Virus record (IMG/VR): IMGVR_UViG_3300021961_000108
Coordinates: 1 to 59,071 of that record
Reading direction: 5' to 3' (one strand)
Length of the DNA: 59,071 nucleotides
From: a virus
Lineage: Duplodnaviria > Caudoviricetes
Shown: positions 26,901-34,374 of the stretch, piece after piece
How the letters are laid out: each line of letters starts with the position of its first letter
How positions within the stretch are numbered: the stretch's first letter is position 1
Notes under the pieces: model-generated
What the model saw: the letters and a program-made list of their open reading frames with translations, nothing else
The model's database searches: none
Told to the model about the DNA's origin: nothing
Made by a program: the position numbers and the translations under genes

Positions 26901-27853
26901 CAAATAACGGCGGATTACCAATAACAGGATACGAAATACAGTATGCTGCTGATAGCTCATTTAGTAGTCAGCTTACTACAGCTTATACATCAGGGAATAT
27001 TAATTATAGAACAAGATGTATTACCCATTCTGGAATTAATTTGTACTCTAGAGTTAGGGCATACAATGCTACTGGAGTTAGTCCTTGGTCATCAACAGCA
27101 TCTTATTTAGGTAAAGGTCTTGGTGCTCCATTACCACCATCTTCTTTTTCTACCCTTGCTCTGGGTACTACTGGAATTAATATCGCTTGGATAGTGCCAC
27201 TTGGACCTGTTGGTAGTGGTTTTGACTCTCCATCTAATATAACATATCGTCTACAATATTGGAATCAAATGGTTGGAGACATAAAATATATCAGTTATAG
27301 TGGAGTAACATCAGCTAATGTTCCGATCTCCGGTGCAGGAACATATACATTGCAATTATTGAGTAAAAATAGTGCTTATTGGAGTAGTACTTATGCATCC
27401 ACAGCACTAACAGTATATCCAACTTATCCTGCTCCAAATTCTTGGACTTTTACAACTAGTACACCTTGTTGCGGTGCTGCTAGTCCTAGTCTTTTAGTTA
27501 ATGCTCTAAGAGATAATACTAATAATGCGGGAAGCACATTTAGTTCATGTGCCGGCGCTAATGGTTTAGCTTATATAACAGCAGATTTTGGATCGATTAG
27601 AAATGTGAGATCTATAAAAATCAGACCTCATTATTCTTATGGAGCGACTTATCTTAATCATACAAAACTAGAATATAGCAATAATGGATCTACTTGGACT
27701 ACTTTAGTTGATTTTGCTACATTTACCTTTACAGCGGTATTTAAAGATTCGACTACAGAAGTTCCAATTAATACTAATATTAATACAAGATACATAAGAC
27801 TAGTATCTGGTAATATTAGTTGTATAGACTTATCGGAATTTAAGTTTAGTTAA
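23999..27853 (+). CDS. Multidomain adhesin-like virion protein: CBM-like, multiple FN3, LCCL-like, C-terminal F5/8 (discoidin)-like
   Basis: NLLINGNFDIWQRG; repeated WNPPxxNGGxPITGY...YYFRxxAxN; IWG..PY...SD....VVHAG; YITADFG...LEYSNNG..W...RYIRL. Confidence 0.82.
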   Translation: MVKILNYAKNINRNVNDNLLINGNFDIWQRGTPFYAGGFTADRWYLVSNGANKASRIAGNIGLDNATNHIRLTTLSSGSYPVLSQAVDSDITSGLRGKPAIFSFYAKKPSESNWTGLVYGKVYYSTNFDSLVNGKTEIIDSAFSGTLLTDSWTLYSKSFTVPNNASTLMVEISPSGALNNTSIIDIGRAKLELGSVVTSFKPVICNEELTRCKKFYQKVEAKLKAGTGAGNSTKKFGVSTPLPVTPRSNTAKITVAQNSNNLIESFTASISNDSYLNVFAESKQPHSELSLEFYIDSEIPYITVPGVINGASFIRGSGKIDIDWNPPTNTDTTISYTTLYGSNPSDLINIQSFSDSTGTITGLIDSSPYYFKLYSTNSAGDSLLSNLFEVAPAYTVPSGISSLTGIWGFDQTIVNWNPPTNNGGSPITGYRIDRSMYSNFPDTSTTPLYNSTFYSPVPLTTSQTTTSQGLSLYYNGTKLQFNIAKFSNELTSTGNYYFRVTPINLAGTGTPSSFTLVKTTPSAPINLSSSVGDASVTLSYLPPTGNGGNTISLVNLERSTTGTFTSNTTSSIYAANYQSITVTGLTNNTTYYFRMRAYNELGYGTYSSGILAVPNKPVTVPNPPSGFNAGWVDDDTVSLSWNPPSDNGGSPIINYTIYASSGSGFTSNLLTLTTQNSISSITFDVPITGNYNTFYFRGKANNSVGSSNNSSSISLNKQAPEFITIHTLNPGDATVNAGWFKPISKGSAITGYNLQYSTDSTFNTNVTNIFTTGLQYTVTSLTNNTQYIFRARAINSVGTGSFSVAFATTPVSPYSAPTAPSNTLITILQVPASNNFNMLPVNLSTLNNTSVNYNTMYGVSITTPFTGGLIWGVNPYIRQSDTRTSVVHAGALGAAQTGTAYIFVTDGLSQYYPVTRNGITSLLAGSFPLSYEIVGSNVGATCSNFTFGTATGVSTNGYVPRISWNPPTNNGGLPITGYEIQYAADSSFSSQLTTAYTSGNINYRTRCITHSGINLYSRVRAYNATGVSPWSSTASYLGKGLGAPLPPSSFSTLALGTTGINIAWIVPLGPVGSGFDSPSNITYRLQYWNQMVGDIKYISYSGVTSANVPISGAGTYTLQLLSKNSAYWSSTYASTALTVYPTYPAPNSWTFTTSTPCCGAASPSLLVNALRDNTNNAGSTFSSCAGANGLAYITADFGSIRNVRSIKIRPHYSYGATYLNHTKLEYSNNGSTWTTLVDFATFTFTAVFKDSTTEVPINTNINTRYIRLVSGNISCIDLSEFKFS

Positions 27854-27862
27854 GGATTAGTT

Positions 27863-28744
27863 ATGATATGTGGCTATGCAAACATTTATGACTTATGCTC
27901 TAATAAATATGCTTATGAATATGCTAGTTTTTCTGTTAACAATGGCTATGCTATTCCAAATACTGGATATGATGGATCAGTGTATAGAACTGATCAAAAT
28001 AGTCAACAAAAAGTATTATTAGAATCCTCATCAACTTTAACCATATCTACTTGCGATCTTTCTGATGATGATCCAGACTTAACAGCATGGGAATGTTATC
28101 TATGGTATAAAAACAATAACGGGTTTATATCTGATCCACCGTTATCGCAATACAAAGAACAACAAATTAAGAATATTACTACTCAGTATAATAATGTTTT
28201 GAGTAATGGTATATTAATAACCATTAATAATTTTGCTACTGATATTAGCGCATCTGAAAATGGAGCATACTCTAATACAACAGTTTCTGAAAAAACAAAC
28301 TATACAATTTTATTACCAGCATTAAATGATGATATTATTAATTTTAGTAATATATTATCTTTAGCCACCCTTATGAACGCTAATGATAGTACTGATCCAC
28401 TACCACCATTAGTTGATTACTATAATAATGCTCATTTTTTAAATTACTATAATTTAAGCAATATATTATCTAACTATTTTAATAAGCTAAAAAACTATAA
28501 ACTCATATTGGATAATCTAATTATTACAATTAATAGTTCTTCTACTATAGAAGATGTTCAAAAACAAGTTTTTTATACATCTTTACCAACAATAACATAT
28601 AATAAAGCTAGCAATTTATCAGCTAGTAATGATACTATTGTAAAATTTAGTGTTTTAACTTATGAAACACTTAATCCATTATGTGATCCACCTTGTGATC
28701 CCGATACTCAACAATGCATTGATGGAACATGTTATGATTTGTAA
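27863..28744 (+). CDS. Tandem paralog 1 (DUF4376-like core, Cys-rich tail)
   Basis: MICxYxN..D.C.NK start, RTD, WECY, SDPPL motifs shared by three adjacent genes. Confidence 0.75.
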   Translation: MICGYANIYDLCSNKYAYEYASFSVNNGYAIPNTGYDGSVYRTDQNSQQKVLLESSSTLTISTCDLSDDDPDLTAWECYLWYKNNNGFISDPPLSQYKEQQIKNITTQYNNVLSNGILITINNFATDISASENGAYSNTTVSEKTNYTILLPALNDDIINFSNILSLATLMNANDSTDPLPPLVDYYNNAHFLNYYNLSNILSNYFNKLKNYKLILDNLIITINSSSTIEDVQKQVFYTSLPTITYNKASNLSASNDTIVKFSVLTYETLNPLCDPPCDPDTQQCIDGTCYDL

Positions 28745-29894
28745 TTACCAAAATATCTACGATTACTGTCTTAATAAATTTTCATATCAATATGTTACTA
28801 CTCCAGCATCAACTTCTGGTGATATAACTACTAGTGTAATTCGTACAGATAAAGATACTGGGGAAATAATTACAATATCTCCAGATTCTAATTTGTATAT
28901 TTTACCATGTGATAATAATGACATAGTAGAAGTTATGAGCGTTTGGGAATGCTATGAAATTTATGTTAGTAATAATAAGATTGTATCTCAGCCATCACTA
29001 GCAACATTAAATACCATTCAAAAAGAAGATGCTATCAAAAATTATGATAATAATTTACAAGACGGAGTTACTATAAAAATAGATAGTTATAATACAATAA
29101 TCCTAGATGGTAAAATAGAAAATCAGATACACTTAGGAAATGTTATTTGTTTGGCTAATATACTATATAACGAAGATGCTAATAGTGTTATGCCATACAT
29201 TTTGGACATTAATAATATTGCCTACTACTTAAATTATAATACTCTTAAAAATATACTTACTAAGTATTTTCAGATAGTATCCGATCAAAAAAAGGCTAAA
29301 GACGATTTATTAAATCAATTAGAAACTATCAAAACTTCTGATGATATTCTTAATAAGTACTATTGTAATAACAAAGTAAGCAAAAATATAATTAAAGAAA
29401 ATACAGTAATAAATTATTCTACATATAAAGAGGTTTCAGTTTTACCGCCAGATATTTGTGATCCACCATGTAGTCCTTCTAATTGTGAACAATGTATTAA
29501 TGGCGTTTGTATTGAAGTAGGATGTCAATGTTATGCTTGTGGCCAAAACTCAGATTGTACGTATTATGGAGTAACAACATATAAATCTTATGGAGACTAT
29601 CCTAATAGTGGTGGAGTTACTATCAAAGAGCACTTTTGGCCTTATACACAACAGGGCAGTCTGGATGCAATAGCATATGGAGAGAGCATAGGACCCTGTC
29701 CACCAAGCAATGATCCTGGCTATTTAGCAGCATTAGCGAACGGTTGTGCTATATGGGGATCCCCTCCTCTTAAATATGGTTTATGTTGTTCTGTTGATGG
29801 AGAAACTTGTTGTAGGCCATCACAATCAATACTACCTGTTACATGTAATGGAGGGTGTGGAAATAATTGCAGCGAGTATATAGAATCACCATAA
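28734..29894 (+). CDS. Tandem paralog 2 (long Cys-rich tail)
   Basis: Start reassigned to ATG 28734 (MICNYQNIYDYCLNK) by paralogy. Confidence 0.75.
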   Translation: MICNYQNIYDYCLNKFSYQYVTTPASTSGDITTSVIRTDKDTGEIITISPDSNLYILPCDNNDIVEVMSVWECYEIYVSNNKIVSQPSLATLNTIQKEDAIKNYDNNLQDGVTIKIDSYNTIILDGKIENQIHLGNVICLANILYNEDANSVMPYILDINNIAYYLNYNTLKNILTKYFQIVSDQKKAKDDLLNQLETIKTSDDILNKYYCNNKVSKNIIKENTVINYSTYKEVSVLPPDICDPPCSPSNCEQCINGVCIEVGCQCYACGQNSDCTYYGVTTYKSYGDYPNSGGVTIKEHFWPYTQQGSLDAIAYGESIGPCPPSNDPGYLAALANGCAIWGSPPLKYGLCCSVDGETCCRPSQSILPVTCNGGCGNNCSEYIESP

Positions 29895-29906
29895 TAGAGA
29901 TATAAT

Positions 29907-31025
29907 ATGATATGTAATTATACTAATACCATTGACTTATGTTCTAATAAATACTCTTATTCATTCATTAATGTAATACCTAGCGGTATCACAGTTATAG
30001 CTAATAAATCAGAGACTGCCCCTGTTTTACGTACTGATAAAAGTACACTAGAAACTAAAATTATTTCACCCTCTTCTAATAATCTTATACCCACATGTGA
30101 TATTAATGATAATAATGAAGACACCACAGACTGGGAATGTTATATAATATATCGTTATTTAGCTAGTGGTATTATTAGCGATCCCCCATTACAAACTTTT
30201 AAAGACGCTCAAATTGATCTAATCAACACCTCCTATTCCTCTACACTAGAGGAGGGCATATTAGTCACTATAAATAGCAAAAATATTATTTTAGGATCTT
30301 CTATAAATGATCAAATATCATATAAAAGTATTCTTAGTTATGCCCAGGCTTTATATGATGATGATACTGATGCCTCTATGCCACCCTTTACAGATAAGAG
30401 CGGTCAGATCTATAATCTATCTTATAGTGATCTAATAGTAGTTTTTAAAACCTATTTTGAGAAAGTTATACTATATAAAAACTTAAAAGACACACTAATA
30501 AATCAATGTTCTAACTCATCAACAATCGATGATATACAACAATTAAATTGGTCTAAGATAAAACCAATAACTGGTTCATTAATTGATACTAAGATTGTAA
30601 CAACAGTTGATAAACCTATAGTACAAAGTTGTATAGTAATTGATACTAATAATCCAGAAGCCGAAGACATAGAATGTCAACAAGATAGCGGAACAATATC
30701 TGGAAATGTTGCAGAATGTGCTTCTGTTAGCAATATAGCTACAATTACTAATAATTATTCCTCTCCAGCATTATTAGAAGCTAGCGGTGGTATTAATGAT
30801 GATTTACTAATTAATGGCTCAATATATGAACCAGGACAATATCCATTCTCATGGAGTTCCTATGGAAGTCCATGCGGATCGGACAATACTACAAATGGAT
30901 CTCATTCTTGGTCTTATTCTGTTATTTTAGCACCAGGAGAATCTATTACTTTTGGCTGTAAAGATAATGGTTTTGGTGGTGGATTTTATGGTAATTCATC
31001 ATGGACTTTAAAAACCTGTTTTTAA
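29907..31025 (+). CDS. Tandem paralog 3 (beta-rich C-terminal domain)
   Basis: MICNYTNTIDLCSNKY; same core, unrelated C-terminus. Confidence 0.75.
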   Translation: MICNYTNTIDLCSNKYSYSFINVIPSGITVIANKSETAPVLRTDKSTLETKIISPSSNNLIPTCDINDNNEDTTDWECYIIYRYLASGIISDPPLQTFKDAQIDLINTSYSSTLEEGILVTINSKNIILGSSINDQISYKSILSYAQALYDDDTDASMPPFTDKSGQIYNLSYSDLIVVFKTYFEKVILYKNLKDTLINQCSNSSTIDDIQQLNWSKIKPITGSLIDTKIVTTVDKPIVQSCIVIDTNNPEAEDIECQQDSGTISGNVAECASVSNIATITNNYSSPALLEASGGINDDLLINGSIYEPGQYPFSWSSYGSPCGSDNTTNGSHSWSYSVILAPGESITFGCKDNGFGGGFYGNSSWTLKTCF

Positions 31026-31627
31026 ATATTGTAATCCGAGACATAATCTGTATTATAATTAAATCTTAAAATATCTGGTTCCCACCACCATTTTAATTTT
31101 TCAATCATATTTTCTGATAATATTTGATGATAAGGTAATGTTCTTTGATTTATATTAAAAGTATTTAGGTTCATAAGATCTCCTCTTTTATCCAATACGT
31201 CTAATTCTAATAATTGATCCTCTAAAGTTTCTGTTTTGACAACAGTATAATCATAGTTTGCTTTTTCTAGTATTTTACTTTGATTCCATTGATAAAAATA
31301 AAAACAATGATTATTATTTGCTATGATATTTACAAAATCATTAATACTTGGGGCGTCTAGCATTTGAGTTACTCTTTCTTTTGCAAGATGACCCCATAAG
31401 CTCACAAATCTTTGTAAAGGATGTCTTACTACAACTATTACTTTCCACTTAAATGATGCTTGAGGTAATATTATAGAATGATGATCATAATAATTGGGGT
31501 CGTCACCGCTTGGTCCTATACAAAAAACCCCATAGTATGGTGGACGACATAATGTTTCAAATAAAGATGTGCTACCAGTTTTTGGTAGAGTAATAATAGC
31601 AGTTTCTTTACTATATAGTAATATCAT
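31022..31627 (-). CDS. Sulfotransferase family protein (Sulfotransfer_2-like)
   Basis: 5'-PSB LPKTGSTS, 3'-PB VVRHPLQRFVS, C-terminal D..RFNY. Confidence 0.85.
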   Translation of the reverse strand: MILLYSKETAIITLPKTGSTSLFETLCRPPYYGVFCIGPSGDDPNYYDHHSIILPQASFKWKVIVVVRHPLQRFVSLWGHLAKERVTQMLDAPSINDFVNIIANNNHCFYFYQWNQSKILEKANYDYTVVKTETLEDQLLELDVLDKRGDLMNLNTFNINQRTLPYHQILSENMIEKLKWWWEPDILRFNYNTDYVSDYNI

Positions 31628-33225
31628 TTTAGTTTTATATTTTTAACTGGATCCCATAACGAATGAATAACAGTATTAGTATAATTGTCTTCGTTCATTT
31701 TTTTAAGCAAGACTTCTGTAAGATCATCTACTCCATCAATATATGGTATATACACTTTGCTCCTACTAATAACACAATCGGTAACTTTATCAAAAATATT
31801 GCAAATATCTTGGTTATGTTCGCTCTTTTTTCTAACACATTCTCCATTCCAACCCACCATTGGTCCTAATTTTGGAGGAATATTGAATTTTTCTAACATT
31901 GTTCCACTACAACATTTTAGTCCAGCTTTTGATGCTCTTTTATTATGATGAAATTTTGTGTTTTCTATATCTTCTTTATATATTCTATCAAAACATATGT
32001 TTAGATTCTGAATGCCAGTATTTTTACGAATACTATCGCTATGTTCCGATACGAACATAATTTTTTGTTTTACATCCTGTTTTCCAAAAAAACTACCCGA
32101 GCTATATCCTGTACCATGAAGATCCACTATTACCTTATCTCTAGTAATATCTAATACGTAATCTATATATTCCTGACTATATGGATAGTAGTAAGAATTT
32201 CTACAAGACTCTAATACTGGAATGTTTGTGCCAAAAATACTATCGTATATTTTTTTAAAATAGTAACAGTCACGATAGGAAAAAATAATATCTTTAGGTA
32301 TTAAATAACTACTATTAATTAGTAGTGGCGTGTTATAAGAACACTGTTCACTCCATAGTATTTTCTCGTCGAATCTTTTTGTATTAATGGGCTGCTCTAC
32401 CCACTGTGCAAATATTGTATTTTCTTGGTTATTATACTCATTTATAATTGTAATCTTGTTTTCTTCTTTATATATAGTAATAATAATATTATCAAATTTA
32501 TCTCTTAATATGATTTTATTGCCAGTATCGTCTATTTGCTGCAGAAGTGTAATTTCTCCGTTTTGTTCTTTTATCCAATATGTTCCGTAGTAGTAACTTA
32601 TGGATCCATTTTCTAGAAGCACTGTTTGATAAGGAACGAAATAAGGATTATTAAGTCTAATATATTTGATCCAGTATGATAAGTATGGACTATATCTTTC
32701 TATTAACTTTTCATGATTTGTTAAATATGAGCCGCCATAATATATTGCTTTAAGATCATTTTTGCGAACTTGTTTTACATCAGAATGAGCATTATCGCCA
32801 GTATGATATTGTATGCCGTATTGATCTTTCAAAGAATCCCATATCGACCCATCGGCTTTTCTACCATATGTTGAATATACTCTAATATCTTTATTTAATC
32901 CATGGTATCTTAAAATATCTAATATTTGTTCCTCGTTCAAGTACATATCAGAAACAATAATATCTCCATCATTTATCCTATTAAAATTTTCTAAAATGGG
33001 ATAACTATATTCTTTTTCCAGTTGTAGTTCTAATTCTGGATCATGATCGGGCAAATGTTGGTATATACCATCTAAAGTTTTTTGTGAACATATTTTTTCC
33101 GCATACTTTCTTCTTTCAATAAAATTTTCATCCCCAGTAATATCTTGAATTAATCGAAATATAGAAACCGGATAATGATAATATCTAGCAATCAGAGTGT
33201 CGAAACAATCCCACGAATTTATCAT
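31624..33225 (-). CDS. HAD-superfamily hydrolase of the glycan-locus type with C-terminal extension
   Basis: SWDCFDTLIAR (motif I), IVSDMYL (II), K (III), HTGDNAHSD (IV); later RDC and IVDLHGTG.S segments. Confidence 0.8.
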   Translation of the reverse strand: MINSWDCFDTLIARYYHYPVSIFRLIQDITGDENFIERRKYAEKICSQKTLDGIYQHLPDHDPELELQLEKEYSYPILENFNRINDGDIIVSDMYLNEEQILDILRYHGLNKDIRVYSTYGRKADGSIWDSLKDQYGIQYHTGDNAHSDVKQVRKNDLKAIYYGGSYLTNHEKLIERYSPYLSYWIKYIRLNNPYFVPYQTVLLENGSISYYYGTYWIKEQNGEITLLQQIDDTGNKIILRDKFDNIIITIYKEENKITIINEYNNQENTIFAQWVEQPINTKRFDEKILWSEQCSYNTPLLINSSYLIPKDIIFSYRDCYYFKKIYDSIFGTNIPVLESCRNSYYYPYSQEYIDYVLDITRDKVIVDLHGTGYSSGSFFGKQDVKQKIMFVSEHSDSIRKNTGIQNLNICFDRIYKEDIENTKFHHNKRASKAGLKCCSGTMLEKFNIPPKLGPMVGWNGECVRKKSEHNQDICNIFDKVTDCVISRSKVYIPYIDGVDDLTEVLLKKMNEDNYTNTVIHSLWDPVKNIKLK

Positions 33226-33232
33226 AATTATA

Positions 33233-33260
33233 TTGCAAATGTAATGGTTAAAACTATAAT
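33233..33260 (+). promoter_or_regulatory. Sigma70-like promoter, overlapping a divergent -10
   Basis: TTGCAA-N16-TATAAT on plus; palindromic TATAATATATTATA also gives TATAAT on minus for the HAD/sulfotransferase pair. Confidence 0.6.
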
Positions 33261-33289
33261 ATATTATACCCTTTTAATAGGAGAAAGCA

Positions 33290-33847
33290 ATGAATCTGGC
33301 GCAAGAAATAGCTATACAGCCCCCACCATTTACAGATCATAACAATAAGTTAGTTCAGCCAAATCTCATAAAATTTAAAACCTTAAATGTATCATATATT
33401 GATAATCCATTATCAAAAAGCGTTTATGCTCAAATTCAACATATCCCGAATAGATTATTATTAGTTGATAAAAATGAGTATGATATTTGGGGAGACTATA
33501 CTCAAGAACAAATAGAAAATCGTTTACTAGAAAAATTAGGAGATGATATTGGTAAAACTCTTAGATCATTATTTCCTAAAACACTAGAAGAATATCCTAA
33601 TGGTCCAGGTACTATTTTGGCTAACATGATTTCGTCTTTAGGCATAAAGAGCAACCCCACCTGTTCCTGCAAAAAACATGCAATAGAAATGAATGAAAAT
33701 GGAGTTGAATGGTGTGAAAATAATATGGAAACAATTATTGCATGGTTAGCGGAAGAAAGTAAGAAACGAAAAATTCCTTTTGTAAAATCTTTGGCTACGA
33801 TGGTTGTTAAAAGAGCAATTAGACGTTCAAAACAATTACAATCATAA
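33290..33847 (+). CDS. Hypothetical protein with CxC-H-C motif (paralog of 5703..6266)
   Basis: End-to-end similarity with 5703..6266; AGGAG SD. Confidence 0.8.
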   Translation: MNLAQEIAIQPPPFTDHNNKLVQPNLIKFKTLNVSYIDNPLSKSVYAQIQHIPNRLLLVDKNEYDIWGDYTQEQIENRLLEKLGDDIGKTLRSLFPKTLEEYPNGPGTILANMISSLGIKSNPTCSCKKHAIEMNENGVEWCENNMETIIAWLAEESKKRKIPFVKSLATMVVKRAIRRSKQLQS

Positions 33848-33886
33848 TTTGATCAAATTATAATACGCTTCACTTTATACAGCAAA

Positions 33887-33903
33887 GGTGTATAACTGTA
33901 TTA
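33887..33903 (+). promoter_or_regulatory. Putative late promoter GGTGTAT
   Basis: Recurrent motif in an intergenic gap, 53 bp before ATG 33940. Confidence 0.6.
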
Positions 33904-33939
33904 GTAGATTATGGCTATATTTTCTATTAGGATGCCATT

Positions 33940-34368
33940 ATGCCAGCAGCAGACTATAATTTTACCATTGAAAAGGGTACTAGTTTTTATATATCTTTTG
34001 ATTATAAGGATGATTCTGGTACTTCTATAAATCTTACTAATTGGTGTGCTAGATTACGCTGGTTAGATAGCAATAATACTACAAAAACATATACAACCAA
34101 TACTGTTAATTCAGAATATCAATTTAATATTGATCCTTTAATTGGCCGTATAATTTTGCGTTTTCCAGCAACCACAACGGCTGCTTTTACTTTTTCAACT
34201 GCTAACTACGATTTAGAATTACAAGAGCCAAACGATCTATATGATGGTGGTGGCAAAAAGGTTTTTAGAATATTAAAAGGAACTATAACATTAGTTACAA
34301 GAAATGTTCCCGGAGACGACGCATTTATCTGTAACTATGATCCACAGGACCCATGCAATACATGCTAA
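33940..34368 (+). CDS. BppU-N-like / fibre-anchoring virion protein (paralog of 14201..14629)
   Basis: MPAADYNFTIEKGTSF...TNWCARL...YDLELQ; same length (142 aa) as its paralog. Confidence 0.65.
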   Translation: MPAADYNFTIEKGTSFYISFDYKDDSGTSINLTNWCARLRWLDSNNTTKTYTTNTVNSEYQFNIDPLIGRIILRFPATTTAAFTFSTANYDLELQEPNDLYDGGGKKVFRILKGTITLVTRNVPGDDAFICNYDPQDPCNTC

Positions 34369-34374
34369 TATCAA

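Noticed and set aside
28680-29515. DGR template/variable repeat pair (CDPPC units)
   Set aside because: Differences are not adenine-specific and include an indel; no reverse transcriptase in the window.
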